DNA of 64,000 bases from Octopus vulgaris (Eukaryota). This document shows positions 24,807-37,702 of this stretch, piece by piece. Below the pieces are notes generated by a model, which searched no databases, was not told where the DNA came from, and was given only the letters and a program-made list of their open reading frames with translations. The stretch is taken from positions 189,472,001-189,536,000 of the forward strand of contig OX597815.1 in the NCBI GenBank assembly GCA_951406725.2. Direction: 5' to 3'. How positions within the stretch are numbered: position 1 is the stretch's first letter; each line of letters starts with the position of its first letter. The position numbers and the translations under genes are program-made.

Positions 24807-26512
24807 ACTTAGAGGCCTTTTTGCTAGCTATTGTAAAAGTTTGTGATGTAACCTGGAGTCTAATATTCTTGAGATATCTTCAGTAATATACAATGCAAGA
24901 ACTCAGAATCAACAGCCATTATAACTCATAACAATTAAGCTGCCCACTACATTTGCACTGACAATATATTTAAAAGTAAAAATAATAAAAAAAAAGTTCA
25001 GCTAAATCCTTTTGTTGATCAAAGCATTTAATATATTATATTTCGTTGATCAAAAGCATTTAATATCTGTTCTCATCAGATATACACTTTTGAATTCTCT
25101 AGAAATAAATTTATTTTTTAGTAGATTTTTTTCTTCTTTTTTTTCCTTTTTGCTTTTGTGTATCTGTGTGTGTGTGTGTGTAATTCTTTGCAGAGAATTT
25201 GAAGATTAAACATCACATGAGGTATTAATTCTGAACATGTTTTCTCTTTATGAAGGCAATTAGTTTTGTCCTAAGTTTGAAAGGTTTAGAAAAAGTTATG
25301 AGAGAACAGAAATAATCTCTTATCTTCTATCCACTATATATTTTCCCATGTATCTTTTTCGTATGTATCCTCTCTAAAAACATCCATTTACCTTTCTTTT
25401 CTTTTTTTTTTTTGTCAGCAGTATATTTTTTTGTTTTGTTTTTCACATTCCTATATTCAATTTGATTGCCTGTTCAAATATTAATATATATTTATTAACT
25501 TCTAAACTATATTGTTAACAAACACATTAAATTTTTTTTTTTCCACCTTCTCACAAAAGTGAAGACAAAGAAATTCTGTTTGTTGACATGGTTGGTTAGC
25601 TGCAGGAATCATAGTCTTTATATAGATTTTATATTGAATTCTTTTTATGACCTTAAGATAACTAAAATTGGGAGAAAATATATATAAGTAATATCAAAAC
25701 AAAAGTAAACTTAGATATATAAAATGAAAGATTCAAATTAGCTCTTATGAAATAACGTCGTTGTTTTCCTTGCTCTTGCTGTTGTTGTGAAAAGTTGCTT
25801 TCATTTATTTATTTATTTATTTATTTATTTATTCATTTATTTATTTATTTACTAATTTTTATGGAAACTGAATCTAACATAGATGGAGCATTGATTTATT
25901 GAATACAACTTGCTGGAGTAGGGGAAACTTACCCTTTGTGTCAAAATAGCTGATTAATAACATTTTAGCTTAGAAGTTTCAGAATGGAATCCACTTACAG
26001 TCAGTAGAAATTGAAGAATATTGATTCTAAAGGAGAGAAATTATAAAAATAAACAGCGAAAAAGCTAATAGTCAGAAGCTTTTTAGAATTTCCAGTAAAT
26101 GGGAAAGTATATGCTCTCATTAAGTTTGACTTTATGATATTATGAAACTTAAATGCTTCGCTATTTTTAATGGAGAGATTCTAACCAAACATTATGAGTG
26201 TCTGTATAGTCTACATTATGGATTCACTGAAAAGTTCAGTACAAGAATAAAGGATCGATGTAAATAATTACAATGTATGTCATGTTTGCAAGAAACAGAA
26301 GTGTGAAATCGAAGAAGTATTATCCTTAAACCTTGAACTCATTATATCTATTCAAGACGATGATATTACAGTTTTAATTTGTGTACTTTTCAGATTTCTT
26401 AGCTTTAAATTCAAGTATTTTTAATCTTGATACTAAATTATTTGAAATAAGGGATTTCGTTGAGTGAATTCCTGCAAGTTGAGTGGAGAATAAACAAAGG
26501 ATTATGGGTGTA

Positions 26513-26537
26513 GGGAGGAGGAGGAGGAGAAGAAGAA

Positions 26538-26568
<31 letters not shown>

Positions 26569-26626
26569 GAGGAGGAGGAGAGGAGAAGAAGAAGAAGAAG
26601 AAGAAGAAGAAGAAGAAGAAGAAGAA

Positions 26627-26658
<32 letters not shown>

Positions 26659-26765
26659 AGTGGAAGAAGAAGTGGAAGAAGAAGTGGAAGAAGAAGGAGA
26701 AGAAGAAGTGGGAGAAGAAGAAGAAGAAGTGGAAAAAGTGGAAGAAGAAGTGGAAGAAGAAGAAG

Positions 26766-26796
<31 letters not shown>

Positions 26797-26938
26797 GGAA
26801 GAAGAAGTGGAAGAAGAAGGAGAAGAAGAAGTGGAATAAGAAGTGGAAGAAGAAGGAGAAGAAGAAGTGGAATAAGAAGTGGAAGAAGAAGGAGAAAAAG
26901 AAGAACAAGAACAAGAACAACAAGAACAAGAAGAAGAT
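26513..26938. repeat. (GAA)n/(GGA)n polypurine array with GTG interruptions
   Basis: Read directly. Confidence 0.95.
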
Positions 26939-27397
26939 ACGGAATTGGAAGTAAACACTTGTCTAACTACTGTTGAAGAATTTGAATGACAGCTTTTGAT
27001 ATCACCTAAAATAAAAGAAAGTAGATGGACTACATGTTGATATTGAAGCTTAGAGAAGAAAGAAGGCTAGTTTACCAAATATTTGTTAATTTATTAACGG
27101 TAGGAGACAAGAAAACATTCACTAAAAGGAACATAATTTCATCTCCTCCTCTTTATCAGCTTCAGACATGATGAAAAAGAACGAATTTCAACACAATGTC
27201 TTACATCATCATCATCATCATCATCATCATAATTTAAAGCCTTATGAATATGATGTAACATAACTCCTGATGAACTTTCATAACAGCCATATTACATAGC
27301 CAAGAATGCATTCTAAAAATCTAGACGCTTCTACAAAAACAAGAGATTCTTCATTTATAACCAGTTGCTGAAAAGTTCAACTCTGACCTTAAATGAC

Positions 27398-27971
27398 CCC
27401 TTTAGCATTTAAACCGACCATATCTGGCTCAAATATATTACCTGTTTTATGTTTTTTACACATCCCACCGGTACAGGTGCTAGTAAGGTGACACTGGTAA
27501 TGATCAGGCACCATTCGAGCGTGATCGTTACCAGTATCACCTTACTGGCACCTGTGCCGGAGGCATGTGTAAAAAGATTTGGACGAGGTCGTTGCCAGTG
27601 CCGCCTGACTGGCCCCTGTGCTGGTGGCATGTAAAAGCACCCACTACACTCTCGGAGTGGTTGGCATTAGGAATGGCATCCAGCTGTAGAAACTCTGCCA
27701 GATCAAGATTGGAGCCTGGTGTAGCCATCTGGTTTGCCAGCCCTCAGTCAAAATCGTCCAACCTATGCTAGCATGGAAAGTGGACGTTAAACGATGATGA
27801 TGATGTTCAACCCAGCCAGATCCAATCTCCCATACCTACCCTACAATGTTATTTTAAAAATAAACAATCACATCGTTGAAATTTCAAAACAATGAGATAA
27901 TGCATGATTAATTCAGAACAATGTGGATAAATATGTATTACATTTGACAGAATGCTCTTAATGCTAAAGGG
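27398..27971. mobile_element. piggyBac-like MITE with nested family D copy (27450-27805, +)
   Basis: TIR ccctttagcatt / aatgctaaaggg; right flank TTAA. Confidence 0.65.
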
Positions 27972-28227
27972 TTAAAATTCTCAATCTTTGAGAAAGTTCA
28001 AGAGTAGATTCCCCAAAAATCATTTTGGATGACTGCAAAAAAGGGACAAAAATAAACCTGATGTTTTTAATGGAAAACAATAGCAAATACTGACTTTTTA
28101 CCACCACCTCCCAAACAAACAAAAAAATGGTATTAGTGGTTGAAACAAGGGGAAATGACTTCTATTCAAGTAAAAGCAGGTTGCTAACTCAGCTCACAAT
28201 GTGAATAGCAACAGTAATAAAGATAAA

Positions 28228-28333
28228 TAGTAGTAGTAGTAGTAGCTGTAGTAGTAGTAGTAATAGCAGCAACAACAGCAGTAGTAGTAGCAGCAGCAGT
28301 AACAGTAGTAGTAGTACTAGTAGTAGTAGTAGT

Positions 28334-28419
<86 letters not shown>

Positions 28420-28444
28420 CAGCAGCAGCAGCAGCAAAAGCAGC

Positions 28445-28485
<41 letters not shown>

Positions 28486-28535
28486 CAGCAGCAGCAGTAG
28501 CAGCAGTAGAAGTAGTAGTAGTAGTAGTAGCAGCA

Positions 28536-28572
<37 letters not shown>

Positions 28573-28662
28573 CAGCAGTAGCTGCAGCAGCTGCAGTGGC
28601 AGTAGTGGTAGCAGCAGCAGCAGCAGCAGTAGTAGTTGTAGTAGTAGTAGTAGTAGTAGTAG
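28228..28662. repeat. (TAG)n/(CAG)n trinucleotide array
   Basis: Read directly. Confidence 0.95.
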
Positions 28663-29112
28663 TGTTTCACAATATATTTCATTCGGGAAGAGCAGCAACT
28701 GAAGCTGATAATAGCAACAACTACCTGAATAATTACATCAAATAAAATATCGCATCGGAAGGTGCCTCAAATAATATTCGAAATTCTTAAGCAATTATAA
28801 GATCGGCATGAAAATATCACATAATATTCGGATAAAGTGATGGTCGTTTTTTTTTTTTTTTTTTTCCTTTTTCAAGGTGCAAAACTCAGGAGAGATGGCA
28901 ATCAAAGTTGATATTGATTGTATCTGAATTCAAAACCTAGAGGGATAAAACTAAATAGTAAACACCATTTAATCTGATGCTCCATCTGTTTAACTCTTAT
29001 GGTATTATGGCTAAAGCGATATTAAAGGACAAATAAGAAGCATATTAAAAAATGTATTTAAAATATCTGATAATAAAGATAGCCTTCTATTTAAATTATT
29101 ATATGATATTAT

Positions 29113-29113
29113 A

Positions 29114-29158
<45 letters not shown>
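29113..29158. repeat. (ATT)n microsatellite
   Basis: Read directly. Confidence 0.95.
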
Positions 29159-30333
29159 TTTATTTTTATTTTATTCATTTTTTTTTTTTTTTTGAAATTC
29201 AGTATTTTACTAATAGCTCGATATTTCAGCTATTATCTGGCCATCATGTTCAGCAGAAAATTAATTTTCATACTGTCCAGGGAGATCAATGTAAGAGATT
29301 TTTAGCACAGATGAAGTAATGAAATTACATTAAGCCAATAAAAATCACAAGGTTATATTATATTATATGAAGCAAGATGATCTACAACTATTTCCATTTC
29401 ATTCACATTTGAATGACTTTCAACTTTTGATTTGATTTTCTAGGGTCATATTTATCAAATATTTCAATTTGATGCACTCAAAATTAGAAACAATGTACTT
29501 AAGAATCTTCTGCATTATACAATTATTTTTTAATATATATTCTTACAGTAATTGCTAGCAAGTACACCATAAGCAGACAGGAAATATATTTCAACTAACT
29601 GTACTTGCTATTCCCCAGAGAAAGCTATTATAGATCAATATACATTGTTTCTAGTTTACCTTGTCAAGCATCAGTTCTGCTTATCTCTTTTTAATGGAAA
29701 TTCCCAGTAGTTTTCACTTTGAATTACTACTGTAATTCTACATTATATGGTTCATTCTGTGAACACATCCAAATTTTGTTACTAAATGAAAATGTTAACA
29801 ATAATCAGTTCACTTTCTTTTATAAGATTCCATATATCCATGTTATTTTATTAGATATTTATTCACAATCTTGCCGATGATATTGAAAGAACTGGAAGCA
29901 TTTCACAATCTAGTAACCAATTTAGCAGGTATTGTAAAGAGTTTTAACACGCCATTCATTATACTGTATCCTAAAGGCAATGCATATTACTCTGTTTGCT
30001 ATGATCTAATTAACTGAAAAATAAATATCATACCATCACAACTGAGTGATTAATTATTGTTTGATAAATCCATTGATACAACAAGAAAATCCCTTTGCAA
30101 CATTATGAAAATATCCAAGTGACTTGTAAATATATTTGTGGAATTAATAACTTATAACGAGCATAAAAAAAGCTGTAAAATTGTTAAGTCGAAGTTATTA
30201 ACAAATGAAATTGATAAAATAAATGAAGCTTTCATCTGTATCAATATAAAATTGTTTCTCACTATTTTGACAACCACTGCTGGTTTGTGTATGTATTTAT
30301 AACTTAGCTGTTTGACAAAAGGAAACTGATACA

Positions 30334-30749
30334 GTGAGACAGTGTCACGTGACAACTTGCTTGATCTTCCTGTGAGGTGACAGTCGTTTAGAAAAAGCGC
30401 GGGCTAAAACTACGCGCCTTCACTAGTCAGTTAAGGTGAGACAGTGTCACGTGACAACTTGCTGGGGCGGCCTGCTGGAGCCTATGGGGCAGGTATTTAA
30501 AGGGGAAAATTTGACAAGACAGTCAGTCACCGGCTGATGATACATCGAAGAAGCCAGGGAACAGAAGAGAGAAGACATGCACCCAACACCAGAGCAGAAG
30601 ACACCTCTGAAGGGGGGGGGGGGACGTCAAAACGGTAGAGGTGCAGGGGCCGAAACCGGATGTGGTTCCTCCTGATGATGTCTTGAGCTAACTGGATCCT
30701 ATAAAGGAGCTGTTGTGGTAGCAAACGACGAAACACGGTTGTAATTCCA
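30334..30749 (+). mobile_element. unclassified GC/CpG-richer insert with a 28-bp direct repeat and several hammerhead core motifs, inside a decayed family A SINE
   Basis: gtgagacagtgtcacgtgacaacttgct at 30334 and 30436; CTGATGA twice, CTGAAG once, CGAAAC twice; family A-like sequence resumes on both sides. Confidence 0.5.
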
Positions 30750-31147
30750 TAAGCTGTAGACTTAAAAGTAAAAGTTGATTTGATTGAAACACTTTGAGTT
30801 AGTGCTCTAGCATGGCCACTGATCAATAACTGAAACATGTAAAAGAACAAAGGAACATACACGTGCACACTCTCTCTCTCACACACACACACACATTTCC
30901 TGTTCTTCAGGATTAATTGAACTGTATTTTTGACATAGTTTCAAAAATCAGAAATCTGAAGAACGTTTTTATGTATCTATCAATCTATCTATTTATTCAT
31001 CTCTCTATATCTCTTTCTAAATATCAGTGTATATTTACATGTATACATATGCATATGTATATAATGTGTGTGTGTGTGTGTGTACATACATAGATACATA
31101 CATACATACATGCATATATATATCCATACATACATACATACATTCGT

Positions 31148-31491
31148 GGCCCTTTTCAAGCCTAGCCAGGCTCATGGGCCCAGTTTCCTGGTTTCTGTGA
31201 CATATGTGTTCCCCCCAGCTGGACGGGACTCCAGTCCATCGTGTGCACCCTTTTAAAGCCTAGCCAGGCTCATGGACTCAGTTTCCCGGTTTCTATGGTG
31301 TATGTGTTCCCCAGATGGAGGGGACACTAGTCTATCACAGCATTACTCATTTTTGCCAGCTGAGTGGACTGGAGCAACATGAAATGAAGTGTTTTGCTCA
31401 AGAACCCAACGCGTCACCCGGTTCAGGAATCGAAACCACAATCTTACGATCATAATGCTGACACCCTAACCACTAAGCCATGCGCCTCCAC
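31148..31491 (-). mobile_element. SINE family E with duplicated tail segment
   Basis: Minus-strand head gtggaggcgcatggcttagtgg..gtttcgattcc; aagcctagccaggctcatgg..cagtttcc occurs twice. Confidence 0.75.
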
Positions 31492-31917
31492 CATTCATAC
31501 ATACATACATATATTTAAATATATATCTATACATGAGGGGGTGGAAAAATGAAAGAAAAAGGCACTTTACACATTTGGAAAGAGTTACATTTTTTAGCAT
31601 TTAAAACAGTTTGATTCAGTTCCTTGTGACTTCAAGTTTCCCAGGCTTCTAACAGAAATATATAGGGCATATAATGTGTGTGTGTGGATGTGTGTGTGTG
31701 CATGCTTGTGTGAATGTGTGTGTCATACAATACCTTGATGCAGTGTGAAATGAGATCCTTGTTGATAGGCTGATAGCTAAAATTATATATGGTCTTAGCT
31801 TCTTAGATTAAGTCTTTTAACATGAATAGTCTAAGTTTGATGTTATTTCAGTATAGTGCTGAGCACATCTATTCAATTTACAGCACATGTGGTATTTGAA
31901 TCTCATAAATGGTGTTA

Positions 31918-32355
31918 CATCATCATCATCATCATCGTTTAACGTCCGTTTTCCGCGCTAGCATGGGTTGGACGGTTCAACCAGGGTCTGGGAAGCCAGG
32001 AGGCTGCACCAGGCTCCAGTCTGATCTGGCAGTGTTTCTACAGCTGGATACCCTTCTTAACGCCAACCACTCCGCGAGTGTAGTGGGTGCTTTTTACGTG
32101 CCACCGGCACAGGTGCCAGGGGGAGTCTGGCAGCGGCCACGATCAGTTGGTGGTATTAACGTGCCACCGGCATGGAAGCCAGTCTAGGCGGCGCTGGCAT
32201 CGGCCACGTTCGGATGGTGCTTTTTATGTGCCACCGGCACAGGTATCACAACTACTATTTCCATTGATATTTATTTCGATGTTCATGTACTTGATTCAAT
32301 AGGTCCCCTCAAGCACAGCAGGTTGTTCTGAAATCCAAGGTACTTTGAATGGGCC
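31918..32355 (-). mobile_element. family D copy
   Basis: (CAT)n end and internal ggtgctttttacgtgccaccggcac units. Confidence 0.85.
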
Positions 32356-32687
32356 AAAATTACGCATACTTTCGTGACTCAAAATTATTCATACATCCAT
32401 ACATTTATATATACACATACTTATGTTTATATGTGTCTGTATATGTGTCTGTGTTTATTTAATTATTGTGTCTTACAATGAATTAGATTCTGCAAATTAG
32501 ATTCTATATTTCAGAGGTGAATTGACGAATATCTGAAAATAGATGTAAAACTTTCTAGAAGCTTATTTGACATCTGTCCACAAGTTAAGTAGGAAAGCTG
32601 AGCACTAAAGATCTGCACATGTAAATGAAGAAAAAACTTTAAGATGTTTGAAATTTTATGAAATTGTCAAAAAAAAAAAAAATGGTT

Positions 32688-33133
32688 AGGCACGGGAGTG
32701 GCTGTGTGGTAAGTAGCTTGCTTACCAGCCACATGGTTCTGGGTTCAGTCCCACTGCATGGTACCTCAGGCAAGTGTCTTCTACTATAGCCTCGGGCTGA
32801 CCAAAGCCTTGTGAGTGGATCTGGTAGATGGAAACTGAAAAGAAGCCCGTCATATATATGTATATGTATATATGTATATGTATACATATATATATATATG
32901 TATGTACGTGTATATGTTTGTGTGTCCGTGTTTGTCCCCCTACATCGCTTGACAACCGATGCTGGTGTGTTTATGTCCCCATAACTTAGCGGTTCAGCAA
33001 AAGAGACCGACAGAATAAGTACAAGGCTTACAAAGAATAAGTCCTGGGGTCGATTTGCTCGCCTAAAGGCAGTGCTCCAGCATGGCCACAGTCAAATGAC
33101 TGAAACAAGTAAAAGAGTAAAAGAGTAAAAGAG
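32688..33133 (+). mobile_element. SINE family A
   Basis: Full-length match to family A. Confidence 0.9.
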
Positions 33134-33420
33134 GTTGTTTTCTTTTAAAGGGACACAAAATATCTTAAAATTAAATAACAAGAAATTACAAAGAGAAGGA
33201 ATTTTCTGTGTACCAATGTAGTATTGACGATGGAAGAGAGTTTTATGGTGTTTATGACCTTTTATCTTTTTTTCTAGTCATCACAATACTTATTTTTTCT
33301 GCTTAGTACTTATTCTCTCAGTCACTTTCTTTTTTTTTTTTTTTTTTTGTTGAACCACTAACTTACGGGGACATCAACAAACCAATTTCTGAAAATAATA
33401 CATATATATATATATATATA

Positions 33421-33825
33421 TAGTTGAAATTTGTAGAAAAACAAATGACGAAGCTAGGTGTATGAACAAGAAGCAAGTGTATAAGTTTGACACTCAGGAA
33501 AAATGAAAAAGTCTTTGACATTTCGAGCCTATGCTCTTCAACAAAAAGGAATAAGAGAAAATAAACAGAGAGAGAAGGAAAAAAATGTGTAGAGTTCAGT
33601 ATTTTTTTCTTTTTTCTTTTTTCAGTCATTCGCCATGCTGGACTGCTGAACTCAACATGTTTATTTCATTCTCTCTCAATTTATTTCCTCTTATTCCTTT
33701 CTGATGAAGAGCAACGGCTCGAAACGTAAAAGACGTTTTCATTTTCCCGAGCATCAAACTAATATACTTGTTTGTTGTTCATAGACCTGTCATCATTATT
33801 AGTTTTTCTATAAATTTCAACTATA
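33421..33825. mobile_element. inverted pair of short hammerhead-bearing elements (33421-33600 minus; 33645-33825 plus)
   Basis: The two arms are diverged reverse complements and each ends outward in a TA run. Confidence 0.7.
33696..33732 (+). ncRNA. minimal type I hammerhead ribozyme (Penelope-type)
   Basis: cttt-CTGATGA-a-GAGC-aacg-GCTC-GAAAC-GTA-aaag: intact core, 4-bp stems I and II, palindromic ACGT stem III. Confidence 0.8.
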
Positions 33826-34094
33826 TATTATACGCTCACGTGGTTACCCCAGTTTGATCCTGACTGAACTTCCTACTCTTTAGACTTGCATATCTTAACC
33901 ACTTCCCGAATTTTCAGCACCTCTCCTCATCCACATAATAGCACTCCATGCGAATTACCACTGGATCTACTGATTCTACCTTCATAGGTTTCACCGGACA
34001 CTTTTGTTAATATATATGTGTGTGTGTGTGTGTATGTGAATATATATGTGTGTGCATATATATAATATCATATAATATAATATAATATAATATG

Positions 34095-34345
34095 CAACAG
34101 TTAGTTGGTTGGCATAATAAGACTCAGAGTATCAGATGTCGGAGCGGAATTCTGCTCCGGCATCTCATCAGATTTTTTGTCTTAAAAACTGATGAGATGC
34201 CAGAGTAGAATTTCACCCCGACATCCAAAACTCTGAGTTCTATCATGGCAACTGACTAATTATCACATATTATGTTATAGATAAATTACTCCATTTACAT
34301 AATATTGAGGTCTCATTCATTCTTTTGTTGTCATATTATTCTTAT
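34095..34345 (+). mobile_element. (TA)n-flanked element with inverted duplication of a hammerhead-like segment; related to 57241-57548 and 58295-58389
   Basis: CTGATGA-gatgcc..gacatc-caaaactctgagtt on plus with a mirror copy on minus; tail tttacataatattgaggtctc matches the reverse complement of 57276-57296. Confidence 0.65.
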
Positions 34346-34350
34346 TCTTA

Positions 34351-34417
<67 letters not shown>

Positions 34418-35404
34418 CAAACTTTTTCAGTTTTCATCTAAGAAATTCACTCAGAAGATTTTGGTCAGCATTAGCCTATAGCAGAAGAAAACACATTCCC
34501 AAGGTGCCATGCAGTGAGACTGAACCTGGAACCATGTGACTCGGAAGTAAATTTCTTACCACACTGGTTTACTATAATGTATTTTAAATACTGAAGATCT
34601 ATTTATTAAGATACTGATAACACACCTAATTTATTAATAAAATTATTTTCTGTTTAAATCGAAAAGTTTCTGCCAGGTTTCTTAGAGTTGTAACTTCTAT
34701 AACCCAACATAACCTTTAACAACAGCTCAAACAAACACACAAGACAATCTAATCCTGAAATATTTCTCCTGCATTGCAAATATATGAGAAAAAGCTTCTG
34801 AACATGTACAAAAAAAAAATTCCCTTCGCTGATACGCACTTGTATAAGGAAGCTCTATTTGTGCATCAAGAATATACAAGAAAGAAAATAATAAAGAATA
34901 AATAAATTGTAATATAATAGAAAACTGTGAAAGAGATCTATCTTATTCTATTGTGTATCACAATCTATCATCCAGAAATCTGCTACTTTTTGTTTTTCTA
35001 ATTAAAGTCTTGTCAATACATAGCCATCACACCTGCCTTTCGCTGCTAAATACCTGATATAAGAAGATGCTCAATGCATTATAATGATATTGTAAATACA
35101 ATGAGATATTTTTATGCAAGATACTAGTAAAACATCAGGATGTGATAGTATTATGCCTATATGCATCGACACTCTAATTTCAAACTAATCTGTACTGAAG
35201 ATACCATCCAACTAGTTTTTATAGAAATATTAATGTCTAAATTTGCAGGTTTATCTAACCCATGAAAGCATTGAAAAATAAAACAAATAGTTTTTAAAAA
35301 TGTGAAATTTCTGATAAATAAAATTACTTTGATAATTGAAAGCATGTTTTTGACATCTGCAAAGCAAACTTTCAATTTAAAAAAAACAAACTGTTTTATT
35401 TTTT

Positions 35405-35801
35405 TATTCTTCTACTTGTTTCAGTCATTTGACTGCGACCATGCTGGTGCACCACCTTTAATCGAACAACTCGACCCCAGGACTTATTCTTTTGTAAGCC
35501 CAGTACTTATTCTATCGGTCTCTTTTGAGGAACCGCTAAGTAACGGGAACACAAACACACCAGCATCGGTTGTCAAGCAATGCTAGGGGGACAAACACAG
35601 ACACACAAACACACGCATATATATATATACATATATATGACGGGCTTCTTTCAGTTTCCATCTACCAAATCCACTCACAAGGCTTTGGTCGGCCCGAGGC
35701 TCTAGTAGAAGACACTTGCCCAAGGTGCCATGCAGTGGGACCGAACCTGGAACCATGTGGTTGGTAAACAAGGTACTTACCACACAACCACTCCTGCGCC
35801 T
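35405..35801 (-). mobile_element. SINE family A
   Basis: Full-length; flanked by repeated tgttttattttt..attct. Confidence 0.9.
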
Positions 35802-35814
35802 ATGTTTTATTTTT

Positions 35815-36472
35815 TTATTCTTTTACTTGTGTCAGTCATTTGACTGCGGCCATGCTGGAGCACCACCTTGAAGGGTTTTTAGTCGAACAAATCGACCCTA
35901 AGACGTTTTTGTTTTAAAGCCTAGTACCTACGCTACCGGTCTCTCTTGTCAAATCGCTAAGTTATGGAGATGTAAACACACCAACAGCGGTTGTCAGGTG
36001 ATGGTGGGACACACACACACACACACACAGATATATACATATATATATACATGAAAGGTTTCTTTCAGTTTCCATCTATCAAATCCACTCACAAAGCTTT
36101 GGTAGGCCTGACGCTATAGCAGAAGACACTTGCCCGAAGTGCCATGCAGTGGGACTGAACCCAGAACCATGTGGTTGGGAAGCAATCTTCTTATTTCTTT
36201 ATTGCCCACAAGGGGCTAAACATAGAGGAGACATACAAGGACAGACAAAGGGATTAAGTCGATTACATCGACCCCAGTGGATAACTGGTACTTAATTTAT
36301 CTACCCCAAAAGGATGAAAGGCAAAGTTGACCTTGGTGGAATTTGAACTCAGAACGTAACAGTAGGCGAAAAACAGGTAAGAATTTCGTCAGGTGTTCTA
36401 ACGATTCTGCCAGCTTGCCGCCTTAATCTTCTTACCATACAGCAATCTTGTTACCACACAGCCATACCTGCA
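35815..36472 (-). mobile_element. SINE family A with nested family B (36194-36424, -)
   Basis: TSD aatcttctta at 36184-36193 and 36425-36434. Confidence 0.85.
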
Positions 36473-36699
36473 TCTATTGATACATATCTGTTTAATAAAT
36501 AAACCAAATAAATAATATCTTCATAACTGGCTCTATCTATTAAAAATAACAACTAATTTTCCCTCAAATTACACATTTTCATCTTAAAAAAGCAAGGGTA
36601 CATTTGACATTATAATTCTGGATATATAAAAAGATAGGCTGACCAAAACCAGAATATTTTGAACCATGTCCCTGTTTAAATAGCGCTGACCTGTTAATT

Positions 36700-36975
36700 T
36701 TTTGTTCCTTCTCGAGCTATGCCTGGCTCATAAGGGCCGGTTTCCCGGTTTCCCGGGACACCAGTCCGTCGCAGGTGAGCTGCTAGATGCAGGAGGAAAG
36801 AGTGGGAGAAAGTTGTGGCGAAAGAGTCAGCAGAAGTTCACCATTACCTTCTGCCGGAGCCACAAGGAGCTTGGGTGTTTTGCTCATAAACACACACATC
36901 GCTTGGTCTGAGATTCGAACCCGCAATCCCTTGACCACAAGTTCGCTGCTCTAACCACTAGGCCATGTGCCTCTA
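36700..36975 (-). mobile_element. SINE family C
   Basis: 14-bp TSD ctgacctgttaatt at 36686-36699 and 36976-36989. Confidence 0.9.
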
Positions 36976-37315
36976 CTGACCTGTTAATTAGATGACATCA
37001 GTCAACGTTAGCATTTCATGTCTACATTAATGCTTTGGTTTCTCTTACAGCAGTTTCTTTAATATTTAACAACTTGAAATTAGCTGTCATATTCTATCAA
37101 CAATAACATGATTTCTTAGGCCGCTCTTTTCTCTGTTTTTCTATATATTTTCACTGTCTTAATATGCCATTTCATTTTCCTTCTCTCAACCTATCACATG
37201 TTGGTAGTTGTTTTGTCTTTGGTATATCCTCATCTTCTTGAACCTCTCCATTAAATCTTCTTTGTTCACTACATTATATCTCATGTGTCACATGGATAAC
37301 AGGATGCATCGTCAT

Positions 37316-37702
37316 TTTACTCTTTTACTTGTTTCAGTCATTTGACTGTGGCCATGCTGGAGCACCTCCTTTGGTCGTGTAAATCGACGCCAGGACTTAT
37401 TCTTTGTGAGCCTATTACTTATTCTATCGGTCTCTTTTGCCGAACCGCTAAGTTACTGGGATGTAAACACACCAGCATCAGTTGTCAAGCGATGTTGGGG
37501 TAACAAACATAGACACACATACATACATATATATACATATATACAACGGGCTTCTTTCAGTTTCTGTCTACCAAATATACTCACAAGGCCTTGGTTGGTC
37601 CGAGGCTATAGTAGAAGACACTTGCCCATGGTGCCATGCAGTGGAACTGAACCCGGAACCATGTGGTTGGTAAGCAAGCTACTTACCACACAGCCACTCC
37701 TT
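37316..37702 (-). mobile_element. SINE family A
   Basis: Full-length match to family A. Confidence 0.9.

Noticed and set aside
26374-26958. Poly-S, poly-F and poly-E/R ORFs
   Set aside because: Frames of the (GAA)n array.
28189-28698. Poly-Leu ORF
   Set aside because: Frame of the (TAG/CAG)n array.
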